A DNA stretch of 64,000 bases from Chrysomallon squamiferum (GCA_012295275.1 CM022673.1:29760001-29824000); one strand, 5' to 3'; positions 1-21,396 are shown, counted from the stretch's first letter. The notes: generated by a model from the letters alone, not told the origin. Translations and numbers: made by a program.

Positions 1-266
1 TCCATTTATTATCAGTTTGATGTGTCAGTTGACATGAGGAATCAGTAATCACTTAATATACATTTGGATATTATTCTCCATTTAATATTAATTGTAGTTT
101 ATATTATATTACATACTGTGAAATAAACCTTTTACATGTAAATAAAATATGTACTCTGTTTCTTTTTGCAAAATAACTTTAGCAGGAAATATGTAGCCAG
201 TATATGAAAATTATATGCATTTTTATTTAATTGTTTATAAAATTCTTATAATTACTTACTGTATAG

Positions 267-6643
<6,377 letters not shown>

Positions 6644-6824
6644 AAACTCGGCTTTAATAGAACATTAGAAATAACAGACTGATTATACTGGTGCAAAAAT
6701 CGTTTCATCCACTGTGAACTTTGTATTTGGATCTTATTGGTTCAACCAGGAATGCTTAGGGACTGCATAACAATTTTTAGAAATTTTAAATGCAGTTATT
6801 TTAGTTAATGATAATGAAACAAAA

Positions 6825-6838
6825 AATAAATAAATAAA
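6825..6838 (+). terminator. Candidate polyadenylation signal cluster for EFTUD2
   Basis: Overlapping AATAAA hexamers (aaataaataaataaaa) about 180 nt after the stop; further AATAAA near 7022, 7172, 7374. AT-rich background makes the used site uncertain. Confidence 0.4.
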
Positions 6839-7989
6839 AGGTAATTATAAGTAAATAAAGACATAAAACATGACATTGTTTTAGAAACTTCCAAATTAAG
6901 AGTTCTTTTTTAACAACAACCTACTAGATGATAATGACTTGAAGATTGCCTGAATTGTTTGGGGGTTTTTAGTAGGGGTTTTTTTTATATATTTTTTTCA
7001 TTTTCAGATATATTTTAAGTAAATAAATTAAACTTTGAAATCATAGTAATTTTTATTTCATTGTTAAATATCATGGAGATACTTCAACTTTTTCACATGC
7101 AAAAAATTTATTTCATAAATTCATTCATGCAAAGTTATTTTGTAAATATATATTCATCAGACATTAAAAAGAATAAACTGAAAATGTCTTCTGTTTTTAT
7201 GTTATTGTTCTTAAAGGTTTATATATTTTGTTTTATGATTGCATTATTTTATTTCTTTCTTCTTGTTTTTTCTGTCTTTCCTGCATGTTTTTGTTTGTTT
7301 AGTTTACTTTTAACAATTTTGCAACTGATTCAGAACCATGAATTACAATTATAAACAAAATTCATTAAAATAATATAAATCCAAAGAATCTGCTGTCTTT
7401 TCACCAAATCTTCCAAAAAAAGAAGAAAAATATCAGCTGTATTAAGTACTGTAAAATGGCTTCTCTATGTATTTAAATATTAAGTTACTAGAACAAGATA
7501 CCAGACATACATTTATTTTTGCAAGGCGACCTTTTATATGCAGCTTGCAACAGATACTGAGATGAGCCTTAATTAGAACACAAACTTGATAAAGTGTGTA
7601 TCAACAATCAGTGAGGATAATTATCTACAGCTGACTAATAAAATGGTACTCATTTGAATTTAATTTTAAAATGTTATCAGTGACAATTAACAGCTGAACA
7701 TTTTTAAATTATTTTATTTTAATCCAAAAATGTTCATCACGGGAACTGTTTTCTTGCAGCAGAGAGAGAGAGAGAGACAAAAATGTAAATATTTAAGCTA
7801 GGAAAACCAAGGTAGGTTTTAAATAGGTCTAAATACACATAAATTGTGAAAACATGATATAATTAGTGCTTCAGAATTATTTAAATAATCATCAAATTTA
7901 CATTTATTTGTATATAAAGCTGGCCAACTCCACAATGTTGCAATCATTTCACAATTCTCAAATTTTAAATAATAAATGAAAACAAATGG

Positions 7990-8880
7990 ATAAGAAATCG
8001 TATGTGCGCCAATGATTGAACTAATTTTCACAGACAGTTTTTTATTTTTAAGAATTTCTTTTTCTTTTATAATATTTTCAAATAATAAAGCAAATATTTT
8101 AATATTAATATATAATATAATTTAATTACAATATTGGTTTTATAATTTAACGAAATGTTAATTTACTTCTATATTTCCCATGATTCCAAACCCCCAAACT
8201 CGAGGTTCTAAATAATAGACTGTTGTACAGTTGCATATAATGTTGTTTATATTAATTTCGATAGAAAAACCGGTATAGGGATAGTATAACTTGTTCTGGT
8301 TTTATTTTATGATTTTTTCCCCAAATAGGGGACAACTAAGCTGTAAGTAAAAAAGAAACAATAAATTTTACAGTATTTAAATACAAAAATTAATAAGTTA
8401 AAATTAAAAAGAATAATAAATTTTAAATATTTGTAAACAAATGCAAATTTTTTTCCGACTTGAATATTGAAGCATTCCAACCAAAATGGCCGACAGAAGT
8501 AGTACTAGCAGTAATTTCTTTTCTAGTTTACAGAAACATGTATGTACCATTTTTTTCAGTATTTTTATTCAGTATTTGCTCTTGTTAACAATGAAAGAAT
8601 TAAGTTGTCTAAACACAGCTCGATATTACCCTTTCGAGTGTCATTTTATTTCCCCCGTAAATTATCTCCCTTTATTTACTTTTATATATAACAATAAATG
8701 CTTTGACAGTTGACTGATTTCATTGTTATTAGATCATTATATTTAATGATATTTTTTCACAAAATGTCTTTAATTAATACTCTTTTGAATGAAATGTAAA
8801 ATCCTTTTCCCTCTGCAATCAACATATAATTTAATTAAAAACGTGTTCAGAAAATACGACTTGAGAATATCATATATGTG
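7990..8880. promoter_or_regulatory. CpG-retaining promoter/first-exon zone of TRRAP
   Basis: About a dozen CpGs (tcgtatgtgcgcc, ctcgagg, accggt, ccgac x2, tcgat, tcgag, ccccgt...) in non-coding DNA whereas flanking introns are almost CpG-free; contains CAAAATGGCCG (YY1-like motif overlapping ATG 8486). Confidence 0.6.
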
Positions 8881-8960
8881 TCTTAATATTTTGATTCTAC
8901 TTGAATAACTAGATTAAGTTATGTTCATGGAATAGTATTTAGTGATTTATATGAAGATAA

Positions 8961-9006
<46 letters not shown>

Positions 9007-12000
9007 GAGAAATACTCTTTTAAGTTTGTTATGAGGTCCTGAGATTCATAGCTAAAACAATTCATTATAGGGTACCCCATTGTATAAGCAAGTAATATAA
9101 AGATTTCTACATGAAAATTAAAATGTATTTATTTATTTTAACTCTGTTATTTTCAGGTCATCCTGGATACCACTAAGATAATGTTGGGCTCGCCCCTAAG
9201 TCCACATGATGCAGCTGCACAACTAACAACCTTTAAGTCATATGTAGCATTAATTTCTGACCCCACTCCAGGCAGTGAGTTTTACACTTCATAATTAACA
9301 CTATAGCATTATAACATTTTATAAATTGTTATAATGTTTTCTATTTGTTAGTTTTTAATTTGGCAGATTATTAATATTATTATTATTGTCATCTTTGTTT
9401 TTTTATTATTGAACACATTTTTCCTATTTTTTTCAGTTGTGGAAAAAAAGTTAAAAGCTGCCCAAGAACTTAGTGAAAATTTTGAGGTTGGTTTTTTATC
9501 CTGATATTAACTTCCATGGAAAGAAAGTTTCTAACTGTATTTTAAGTTTTATCTTACTTTTAAATTAAACTTTTTAATATTAATTTTTTTTATTTATTTA
9601 GTTAAATGTTTTTATTTTTTGAATTTAATTTTACAGAGGATTTTTTAATATTTATATTTTAGTTTTATTATTTATTGTTATTATGATTCCAGACTGTGGT
9701 TTCATCATCACAGTATCCACAATTTCTGGCAGAGTCAATGCGGGTTTTCCTAAAAATCCTAGATGAAGGGGAACCACAGTTCATTGCTGAACAGAATATG
9801 CAGGTATTCTAAATCTTGTCTGACTAATGTGAATGTTAGTGGAATATTATGACACTGATTAGTAAAAGTTTTCTTTTGTCATAGCTCTAGATTTAAGGAT
9901 TTGTTCAAAACTGACAAGTATTATTCTATAATTTTTAATAATTTCTTTTAGCATTATAATGTATTAAATAATGTGGTTTCAGTGTAATTAAATTCATTTT
10001 TGACATTCTAAAGGAACATTTGACCTTTCATTTTAGTTTTTTGTTTCTCTGTTTTTATTGTATATTGTACTTTGTCCTGAAATATTTTTATTTGTAAAAG
10101 GAACAAAATACAGTTGTAATCATTTTCATCAAAAGGATGAAAATTATTGGTAGTTTTCATGTTGTTTTCATGCAGTGATTAAATTGTATAAAATGTGAAT
10201 TACTGATAGAAGTGTGTCATGTTTGTTATTCTGCTATTCTAACCTGATTAATATTGTGTTTTGTGTTTCAAGCAACTCCGTAAACTTCTGCTGGAGATTA
10301 TTCATCGGATTCCATGTAATGAATATTTGAAGAAGTATGTTCAGCAGATTCTCTCTCTCATGTTCAAACTGCTAAAGGTAAAATTAAAAATGATCTTTCT
10401 GTGGCTAATACTTATGCAGAAATACAGTACTCTATAATACCATTGTTTATCCTTTATTATAAAGTATGAATGAAAATAACAAGCTCTTAAAGATGGTTGG
10501 AGACTGAGACTGTCTCTTTTAATAATAAATGTGTCTATAAAAATTTGAAGTTTTCTTAAATAAGCTGTGGTTAATTTTTAGTTTTTCTTTCTTTTGACAG
10601 ATTGAAAATGAGGAGAATGTTCTTGTTTGTATTCGAATAATCCTGGAGTTACATAAACAGTACAGACCACAGATGAATGATGAGGTAAACATGCAAGCAC
10701 TTTTTTTTTTTTTGTTCCTTCAGATAACAGACTGTATTATAGACAGTAATTTTAATATTATTTTTTATTTTTATTTTTATGATCAGAATTTAATTCCACT
10801 GCATAAGTTGCAAACACTACAGCTTACATATATTTACAATAATACAGTTTGTAATAAACTTTCATTATTTTTGTCTTTTCATTTTTATTATTAATTTTAC
10901 AAAGCATTAATGCTTTAATGAACATTTTATGCAAGAACAGTTCTCTAATATCTATGAACTATTTTTAATATGTATTTTTCTCCAACAGATACAAGATTTC
11001 TTGCAGTTTGTGAAAAGTATTTACAGCACTTTGCCTTCCCATCTGTCAAAAATATTTGATCCTCGATCACAGAAGAAAGTGAAAGACGTTACAGAGATTA
11101 ATGTTGATGCCTGGCTGCTTGAGATCTACACAGTGACAACTATACTGACAGACAAGAAAAATGCAGATAACACCAGCATTTCTGTGTGTTACTTTTATTT
11201 TATGTTTTTTTAAATTTTATTTTGTTTTGAGATGTAAGTGTTAAGTAATATTTTAAAATACAAGTTTATTAAATTTTTATTTTAGAAAACATCACAATAG
11301 TTATATACTTTAAGAATAAAAAATTTAATGATCTCTTTAATTTTTAATTTTAAAATGTTACATAATTTTTAATTTTTAATTTTATTTATTTTTTATTTTT
11401 TAGTACAACATTATTCCAAAAGGAATGCAGTCACTGAAAGTTCTAGCTGAACTTCCTATCATCGTGGTTCTCATGTATCAGCTGTATAAAAACAACGTTC
11501 ACCCTGACATGGCTGAATTTATCCCACTCATCATGAACACCATCACTCTACAACCTTCACCACAACACAGGTAAATAAGTCTTCACAACAACACAGGTAA
11601 ATACGTCTTCACAACGCAGGTAAATAAGACTTCACAACACAGGTAAATAAGTCTTCACAACAACAGTCTCATTTTATTTTGGTATTCATTTAACTTTTTC
11701 CCCATTTCTCTCCTTTTTTAGAAACAAAATAATAGATGGTCATTTCTGTTTCAATTTTCTCCAGTGTTATTTATGCACAAATATTAAAATTTTGACAAAC
11801 AGATGAAAACATTTGCTTATTTTGTCAACCAGTGTGTTTTATATTATTCTTAAAAACTTCATAATTGTGTTTATTTTCAGAGCCAGCCCTACTTTCAACA
11901 AAGAAGTGTTTGTTGACTTTATTGCTGCTCAGATCAAAACTCTGTCATTCCTGGCTTACATCATCAGAATTTACCAGGTAACTCTTCAGTGAAGAGCTCT

Positions 12001-15000
12001 TGTTGTAGACTTACTTATCACAGAATGCTAGAAAATACAACAGCATGTTAAAACATAAATACCATATACTTGTAATTTGATACATATCAGCATTTTATAA
12101 GAAATTATTATAAAACCTTTTTCTGTTAATTATGGCATTTCCTATATATTATTATCCATAACAGATTATAAATTTACTAATTCTATTGAACTAAACAACT
12201 AAATAATAAAGACAGTCTTTTTAAATCTTTGGGATTTTAAACATTTGATTTCTTGCAGTTAATTTTATATAATTGTTTTAAAATGTTATTTATGTTAATT
12301 CTCAGGGTCAGGTGAACAATCATTCTCAGCAAATGGTGCAGGGACTTCTGGGATTGTTAACTCTTTGTCCACAAGAAGTGGCACACCTGAGAAAAGAACT
12401 GTTGATAGCTGCGAGACATATCTTGTCAACAGACCTGAGAAACAGTGAGCTAATTTTGTTACCAATGTCTTTTACTTACTGGACTGGAAAGACAGGAACA
12501 TAGTTAACATACTTATAAAAACTAGATGGTCTTATATATGTGGTTTCTAACTTTATAGCCCAAAAAGCCTCAAATGGTGCATTTTCATTAAAAACACATT
12601 ATGAATTTACATTTGTATACAAAAAAAATATTGTACATAAATATGTCATTTTTTAGAATGTGTTTCTATGTTAAAATGATTTTTCAGAGTTTGTTCCCTG
12701 CATTGACAAACTGTTTGATGAAAATATCCTAATTGGTTCTGGCTGGACAACACATGAATCTTTAAGGTACAAACCACTTTTTTAATTTTTAAATTTTGGA
12801 ATAATTGTTATCTTTGTACTTACTCATATCATGTTTGCTAGTCTAAAAAAAACATACAGTTGCAAAATAGATATTGTTAATCATTTTGAAAAATCCTTTC
12901 TGAAATTTTGAAGATTAACTCTGAGGAAGTTCATATATCATAGCTTTTTAAATTTATTAAATATTTTTGAAATCTAAAATTTTGAAGTTAATATAGGTAC
13001 AACTACATTTAAATATACAGAAGAACTTTTATCTGTCTAGATAAGATATTTGTATCACAAAAAAAAAAGAAGAAAAATCTTGTGTTAACCTGTGAGTAAG
13101 AGAAATGCTATTATTATGTTGCTATAAATTAGAAATTCAGATAAAATATTTCAGTCATTAAATGATATATTTAACTTTTGGCTTTTTATGATTATCTGCA
13201 TTTTAACAATTTTATTTCATTAAACAAAGTTTAAAATTATAGCAGACTCATTTTTTAAACATAATTTTGATTTCCTCAGACCACTTGCCTACAGCACTTT
13301 GGCTGACCTGGTGCACCATGTGAGGACTGCCCTGCAGCTGAACGACTTGTCTCTGGCTGTCAACCTCTTTTCAAAGAATGTGCACGATGAGTCTCTGCCC
13401 AGCAGCATTCAGACTATGTCTTGCAGACTTCTTCTCAACCTTGTTGACTGCATTCGACTCAAGAGTGAACAGGAGAATGGAAATGTGAGATGATCATTAA
13501 TACTATAATCTTCATTGTTTTTCACTGTGTGTATGTGTTTATTATGGTTGAGTTGTGTATTTACTGTACAGGTTGTGAGAGCCTGCATGAGAGATCAGTA
13601 CTCCACTGCTATAGATACATAAATCACAAAATGTATATCTGGATGTGTGTAATGATCTAGCTTTTTCTCCATTTGTCAGTCTATCACTGAGAGAAGATAC
13701 TAATATTTTGTTTTATCTGTTTTTTTCAGTAACCAAAGTTACTTTTTTCAGCTAACAGTATCATCAGCTACATAGTTATTTACCTAAAATTCTATTATAT
13801 TTCAGGGTAGAGAACTACTTATGCGAATGCTTGAAGTGTTTGTTTTAAAGTTCAAAACAATTGCAACAGTACAGCTTCCACTGATTCTTCAGAAATGGTA
13901 AATTTTTTCTTTCTTTTGTGTGCATACAAACACACAAAAACAATTAACCTAAAAAATGTGTCCTGTTCTTTTGTCATGTCATTGTTTTAAAGATTAAGTC
14001 AATTTAAGGTTTTAATAGTTTAAAATATTTGATAAAATATATTTTTTGTTAATACTTTTATTTACTTCCAGTAAGCAACAGCCTCCCACCAACTCCAACA
14101 ACAGCACTACAACCACAACAGCAGAATCAAAATCACCCACTGATCTCAAACCAGCTACAGTGGCTAACTCCAAGCCTTCCAGCTCTGCCCCACCCGCTGA
14201 AACACCCACCAAAGATGAAAACAAATCTTTTGCTTTAGGACTGCTGGAAACAAAGGAGAAGGAGGATGCTTCAAAGGTAAATTAATCTGTCAGAAATTTT
14301 AATGATTCTTTTTTTATATCTGAATATTAGTAGTTGTTAGATTTTAATTAAATATTTGTTGTACAAGCAGTAATTTTAATAATTTCTTTACTTTTTGCAA
14401 ACTAATAATACTGTTATACACAGTCATTCATGTATTGTTTTTTCAGACTCAGAATAGATTTGGTGTGGTTCCCAGTCAGTACAGTGTGTATTCTGTCGCT
14501 GACTGTCGAAGTCTGATGAAAACACTGGTTTGTGGTGTTAAAACAATCACATGGGGAGTTCTCTCCTGCAAAGCAATTGGAAATGGTAAGATAAATATAT
14601 TTTGATTTCTTTTTCATTGTATTCTTAAAAATTTCAGTTATTTTGTTTTCAGTTTGTGTTTATCAAAACAAAAAAATAGTGACTGCATTTTAAAATCGGA
14701 TTCAAATTATTGGTATTATTACTATCAAGTTAGGCTTTTGTCTCTGTACTTTGTTTTGTAGGAGTTATTTGTTACATATATATGATCACCATTATTCTCT
14801 TTATACATACATGTACACACCCATACACAATATATCACTAACATAATATAAACTTTAAATTAATGTACAGAACATAAAGTAATAATGTTTAACATGGCAT
14901 ATGGTTAATAAAAACATCACTTTTTTCCTAATATTGGTTTAATATCATTTTAATTGTTTTTACAGCTGATACTAGCCTGATTGTGAACAAACAGTTTCAG

Positions 15001-18000
15001 TCTAAAGAGACTCTGGTCTATGTCCGCTTGGTGAAATACGCTTTACAGGCTCTTGACATCTACACCGTGAATCTGACACCCACAGGCCAGGCGTTCATTC
15101 GACCAGCAGTGTGAGTATTCAGTGTTAATATACACAGAGCTGCCATTTGTGATTTCTATTCTTTATATAGTCTATTAGATCTGCCTCCAAATTGTGGTGA
15201 ATATTGTAACTCCCATTATACTTATACTTTGTACATGACCATATGCAGTTCATTGGGATGTGTTGGTTATTTGGAGTTAAAAGAAACTATGTGAAACAGA
15301 AAGTGTATTTGAACTGTAAATTGATTTTAATTAGACAACAGACCTGCCTGAATATTGTAAGCTTATTTGACTTTTTTGTGATGTTACATTTGTGGAATAA
15401 TAAACATATAAATTTACTGTTGGCATTCTATAAGCATTATTAATAAAATTGGTGCAGAAAAAATATTTACAATAATAATAATATGTTAGCATGCTTATAT
15501 GTTAGTTTTTAATTTATTTCTTTAATAATTGATTAACATAAATAAATAATAATTAAATAGAAAAACTAGATTTTGTAAATGCTATGTTTTTATAAACTGT
15601 GATTGTTACAATTCCTCTAGTGTACAAACTGTGAGAACAAAAGAAGAGAAGGAAGTTCTTGAACATTTTGCGGGTGTGGTAAGTTGAGACTTAATTACAC
15701 ATGAAATTCTTCTTTTACAATCACCTGTGTTTGTTGTTCATTTGCTACAAAGAGTTACTTTAAATTAAATATACAAATATGTAATTTTTTTAAAATAACA
15801 CGTTTAGTCAAATTTGAAATTTAGAAAACTTTTTGTTTCAGTTCACAATGATGAGTGCTATCACATTCAAGGAGATATTTTCCTCTGTCATAGAGGTATG
15901 TTTTTTTACAGTAATATTATTACCTTCACTTTTGTTAAAAATCATTATCTAAATAAAAAACCTTATATTTTTTTTATCTTTACATGGGAATTATTTGTTC
16001 ATATGTTAAAAACCTATTACTCACATTACACACACAGACAACAAAATTAATCATTAATGTTATAGATTCTTTAATTAAGGTAAGAGTTACTATGATACTA
16101 CATGTATAAAGAATACAATAATTCTGGTTTCTTTTGTGTAAAATTAATTCTTTCATTGTTAACAAGAGCAAATACTGAATATAAACATTGACAAAAATGG
16201 TACATACATTCATATAAGGATAATCATAATTATCTCTATAAATTTTGGAATTCAGAAATGTTCAAATATCTATTTAAATGTTTTTGTTTGGCAGTATATG
16301 GTGGAAAGGATACACAACAATTATGCACTTCAGGTTAGTTTATGTCACATAATACAGAAGCTTGTCTGAAAAATATATTGTCAGTTAATTAGTCACATAC
16401 TAAATGTTTTATTTAATGTTACCAGATAATGAGGTCTTTTCTTTCATTTTAATGCTTTATTAAGAGTGGAGAGAATGTAAAGAAGAAAAGTAAATTACAG
16501 TTGTGCTTTTATTTTATTTTAATGACATACATTTGTAAGATGCATTTTAGTGATAATACAGAGATTGAATATAAGTAAAACCAATGTAATTTCTCATCAG
16601 AATTTAAAATCCTCAATAATAAGATCAGTAATTTAACAGTTAACAAAATATTACCTGTCTTGATGGTTATTTGAAATAAAACAGCCATGAAAGATGAATA
16701 TTAGTGTTTTAAATGATATTTTTTTAAATGTTTTATTTAATTATGTGTTTGCTTTGATCTTTTAGATTGTTGCCAACTCATTTCTTGCAAATCTGCAGAC
16801 ATCAGCTACATTTGCCACAATTCTTGTTGAGTATTTGCTTGAAAGACTGGAAGAAATGGGATGTGAGTTGATCTTTGTTATTTACTGTATCTATTGATTC
16901 ATGTATTTACTACTTATTGACACATAACAGATGATATAAATTAGTGTCCAGCAGTTATTAAAAACCGATTTAGAAAAAAAAAAAAAAATTTCTCTCTCTC
17001 TTTCTGTCCAGGATTATATTTTGTTGCTGATTAATGTCCTTTTAAAATAATGTTTTGTCTGATAAAACAATTTTTCACAAATTAACATTATTATGTAAGA
17101 TAGTTATTTGTTTTTTCTTTTATAATAGTTATTCCACAGTTTGATTTCTGAACATATTTGAAATATATAACTTTTGATTCTTCCATGTAAATGAAATATA
17201 TTTTGTCTTATTTGTATAAATGTTAATATATATATATTTGAATGATTTTTGTAGCTAATATGGACAGGTCTAATTTGTATCTCAAATTGTTCAAGCTTGT
17301 CTTTGGGTCTGTTTCTCTGTTTGCTGCTGAGAATGAGCAAATGTTGAAGGTATGTAGTCATTAATTTTTCATTCAAGAATAAAGCCTGACAGTTTTGGCT
17401 TTTTTTTTTTCAAATTGATGAAGTAGAATTTGTTAAAGTGTCATCAGAGAAGTAAAAAAAAATGATTTCATACAACACTACTAATAGAGTGTTTTGTTTA
17501 ATGGTTTCAAACATCCTTTTTATTTGAATAAAACAATTATATTAAATTCATATTAAGTAAAATATTGTTTGTATTGAAATTACTTTTCATTTTGTTGCAA
17601 GATATTTCAGTTCTTGTTCCAGTACTGAAATGTGCACAAACAAAAATAATTTATAATTAGAAAAGACTAGAAATAAAGACTTTTTTTTTTTTTTTTTTTT
17701 TTTTTTAATGAAATAAAATTGTCTCTTGTATTGTAGTAATGATGTATAATAGAAATTTTCTGTCTTACAAACAGCCTCATCTGCACACAATAGTGAACCG
17801 TTCAATGGAGCTGGCAATGAGTGCAAAGGAGCCGTACAACTACTTCTTACTGTTAAGAGCTTTGTTCCGCTCTATTGGAGGAGGCAGTCATGATCTGCTG
17901 TATCAGGAATTCCTTCCATTGTTGCCAAATCTACTTCAAGGTGAGACGAAAAAAACACTTAGTTTTTTATTTACTAAGTACTATAATATATTTTTCAATC

Positions 18001-21000
18001 TTCACCAGTTTAATCAGTCATTTAAAGTTTTATATTAATTTAATAAATTTGTTATTTATAATTTATAACAAAATTATTACTATTTTTATTTATTTATTAT
18101 TTTTAATATTGTGATTGTTAATATTGTTGTTGTTATTGAAGAGTTACTTTTCTCCTTGCAGGTTTGAACAGTTTACAGAGTGGACTCCATCGTCAGCACA
18201 TGAAAGACTTGTTTGTAGAACTCTGTCTCACTGTCCCTGTCAGACTCAGCTCACTGCTGCCATATTTACCCATGTTGATGGATCCACTAGTCTCTGCCCT
18301 GAATGGCTCTCAGACTCTTGTCAGTCAGGTGAGAATACAGATCTAGGTGCAAATACAGGTGTAGACTGAGAATATAGATATGTAGGTATGTGTATGTCCA
18401 TATACAGGTTTAAAGTTTTCTCTACTGATGTGGGCATCACCATGTAACAGCAGCATTCACTGGACTGATGACAGTCTAATGTAATACACCATAGGTCAAT
18501 ACAGATGAAAGGAATTTCAAAATCATGAATACTACAGTGGCCACTATGCATATTTACTACGGCAAGAGAGCTTTGTACATCATATTTCCTAGCTGTTTAT
18601 TTTTATTATTATCAGTGAAATTATGTTACAAAGTCGCCATTTATGAATTTTTATTTCTTAATTTTGATATATTCATACATACATACATAGGGACTGAGAA
18701 CTCTGGAGTTGTGTGTTGACAACCTGCAGCCTGACTTCCTGTACGACCACATCCAGCCTGTCAGAGCTGAGTTGATGCAGGCGCTCTGGCGAACACTGCG
18801 CAATCCACAAGACAACATCGCCCACGTTGCTTTCAGGGTGCTTGGAAAGTTTGGTGGTGGCAACAGAAAGATGTTGCGTGAACCACAAAAGGTTTGTGGT
18901 TTTGTTTGGATTATTTATTGTCTTGTTTATTGTCTTAGATATTAAAATGTTAATGTCTTTATTAGAAGTTAAACTGCAATAATAATGTGGTTTTGTTACA
19001 GTAATTATTCTTGCAGTGACTAAAAATTTATATTAGTAAATTAAAAGAAAGTTTTAACAAAATTTTGTTGTTAGTTCTTAACACTAATGTACAGCTATTT
19101 ATCCTTGTACCATTATACCTCCATTAAGTATGTATTATTTAATATATTAAGATAGATGTATTCTTTTCCAAATAACAGTTTGTTGCTATAAAGGTCTTCA
19201 TCTGGTGTTTTTTACAACTTACTTTCAGCTGCAGTACAATGATAAAGAGACAGTTGGTCCCTGTATCACCATCCACTTTCAGGACTGCAAGTCTCCCATA
19301 TCTCTGCCTGTAGAAAAAGTAAGAAATGTGTTCATATAATTGTGTATCTGTATATTGTTAATACATTAGATAGTTATATATAGCAAGAACTAATTTTCAG
19401 ATGATTGTAATAATAATATAATAATAATAATTAATAAAATAATGTGAAGATAATCCTGTACAAAAAACAAAACAAACACAATATTTAGATCATTGATCAA
19501 AGAACATTGTTTGTCATGTTAATAAATATTTATTCCAACATAAATATATTATTCAGAGTTACTAATTTTTGTAAAATGTGTTAACTATAAATAACATTTT
19601 ATTTTTTCACTGTATTAAAAAATAAACTGTTTGGCATTGATCAGGCCATTGACACTGCTCTGATGTCGCTGAAAAGCAGTTCTACAGACGCCTACAGTCG
19701 ACGCCAGGCCTGGGAACTCATCCGATGTTTTCTTGTGTCTGTGATGAGTTTGGAGGACGACAAACAAACCATGACTCATCTTTTCACTCACCCTAGGTTT
19801 GTATGAAAATATTATTATAAACCAGTTAAAATATTTTTAAATATATATATAAATATAAATATAAAAATATATATAAACTTTAACTTCAGTTTTGAAAAGG
19901 ATTAATTTTTAACTGATTAAAACTATTTTAGATTTTGTTATTTTATTGTCTTTTGTTCTGCTTATATTTGTTTGATTTTATTATTATTATTATTATTATT
20001 ACTATTCTTCTTCTTCATCTTCTTTTTTTCTTTTTCTTCTTCTTATTATTATAATTAAATTCTGGTCAGATTGTTAGTGTAGGTTTTCTGTTAATTGTTA
20101 AAATGTTTATTTTAATGTTGTTTAGTTTCATGGAGAAGGAGATAATTAGCCATCCTGTCAATCTGTACAAAAATCCAGACTCACACTCGAGAAAAGTTCA
20201 CGAACAAGCTTTGACTGGAATGTTCAGTAAGTACACAAAATGCTTTTTTTTTTTAATTACATTTAGAATTGGTCTGCATGTAATGTTTTATGTATCCAAC
20301 TGACCATCTGAATGATGTTTACATCCATGCAAGTCAGTAGCATGAGCTGTCTGGGAGAGTTTGTTACAGAGAAAAAACACAGCTTGCCATTTTTCTATCT
20401 TCTTTATATATATATGTTCATGAGTTGTACATAACACTTTATCAGTGGTTTACTCACTGATGTTGACATTATCCAAGTTGTAACAAATTTAAATTTGTTG
20501 TATCTATCAGTATTTCTAATCAGAGTTGATGGTGTTTGTGTATTATTTTACTGTTTTAGTTGCAGCTGCCATAAAGGAACTGAGACAGTCAGCTCTGCCG
20601 TTCATGGCCTACATGGTGCGACACTACACCATGATTGCAATTTCACAGCAGTGTGGTGAGTAAATATCTTCAATAGTTAAGTCTTGTTTTTTGTTCTTTT
20701 GTAGAAATTACCATGTTTTATAATTAAACCACTGTCTAACTTATTATTTATATTTCCGTTATATTTTCATTTACATTTTCTTCTTTTTTTTGTCTTAAAT
20801 TCAAAGAAGAAAAGTGACATTCGATATTTTCTGTCTTCTTTTTGTCTCTGTTTCTTTGCATCCTAGCCTTTATTTTACTGACATATTGATGTTTTCTTTT
20901 TTTGACCTTTGTTATATTTATTTATTTATTTATTTATCCATTAATAACTATTGATTCTTACATATTTGTTTATTTATGTTTGGTGCAGGACCGTTTGCGG

Positions 21001-21336
21001 TAGGAGACAAACAAAACAAGCTGCAGGGAATGGACACACAGATTCTCATTGATGCTCTCGCTGTTATTATGGGACATGAAGAAAAAGAACTGTGTAAACC
21101 AGGAAACCTTGCCCTGGTGTTTATTCAGGACACAGCAACTACAATCCTAGGCTCAAAAGAAAAGGTATAAACTTAACAGTTTACATATTTTTCAACTTGG
21201 CTATAAGTTTACATTATCTTCTCTCACTAATGGTACTAAATACATACAACCCAGCACAGAATGTGTCCAGCTGTTATTTGTTAAAATAATGTGTCATGAT
21301 TCTGTGTGAGTAGATAAGGTGGTCAGATTTATTATT

Positions 21337-21396
<60 letters not shown>

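Noticed and set aside
11555-11666. Short regularly spaced repeats resembling a CRISPR array (also 34444, 39353, 58963)
   Set aside because: No unique spacers, eukaryotic intronic context, no cas genes; they are minisatellites.
18329-18590. GC-richer intron patch (also 13560-13700, 20270-20400, 61800-62000) possibly transposon remnant or ncRNA
   Set aside because: No terminal repeats, target-site duplication, Pol III boxes or coding similarity that I can recognise; needs a repeat library search.
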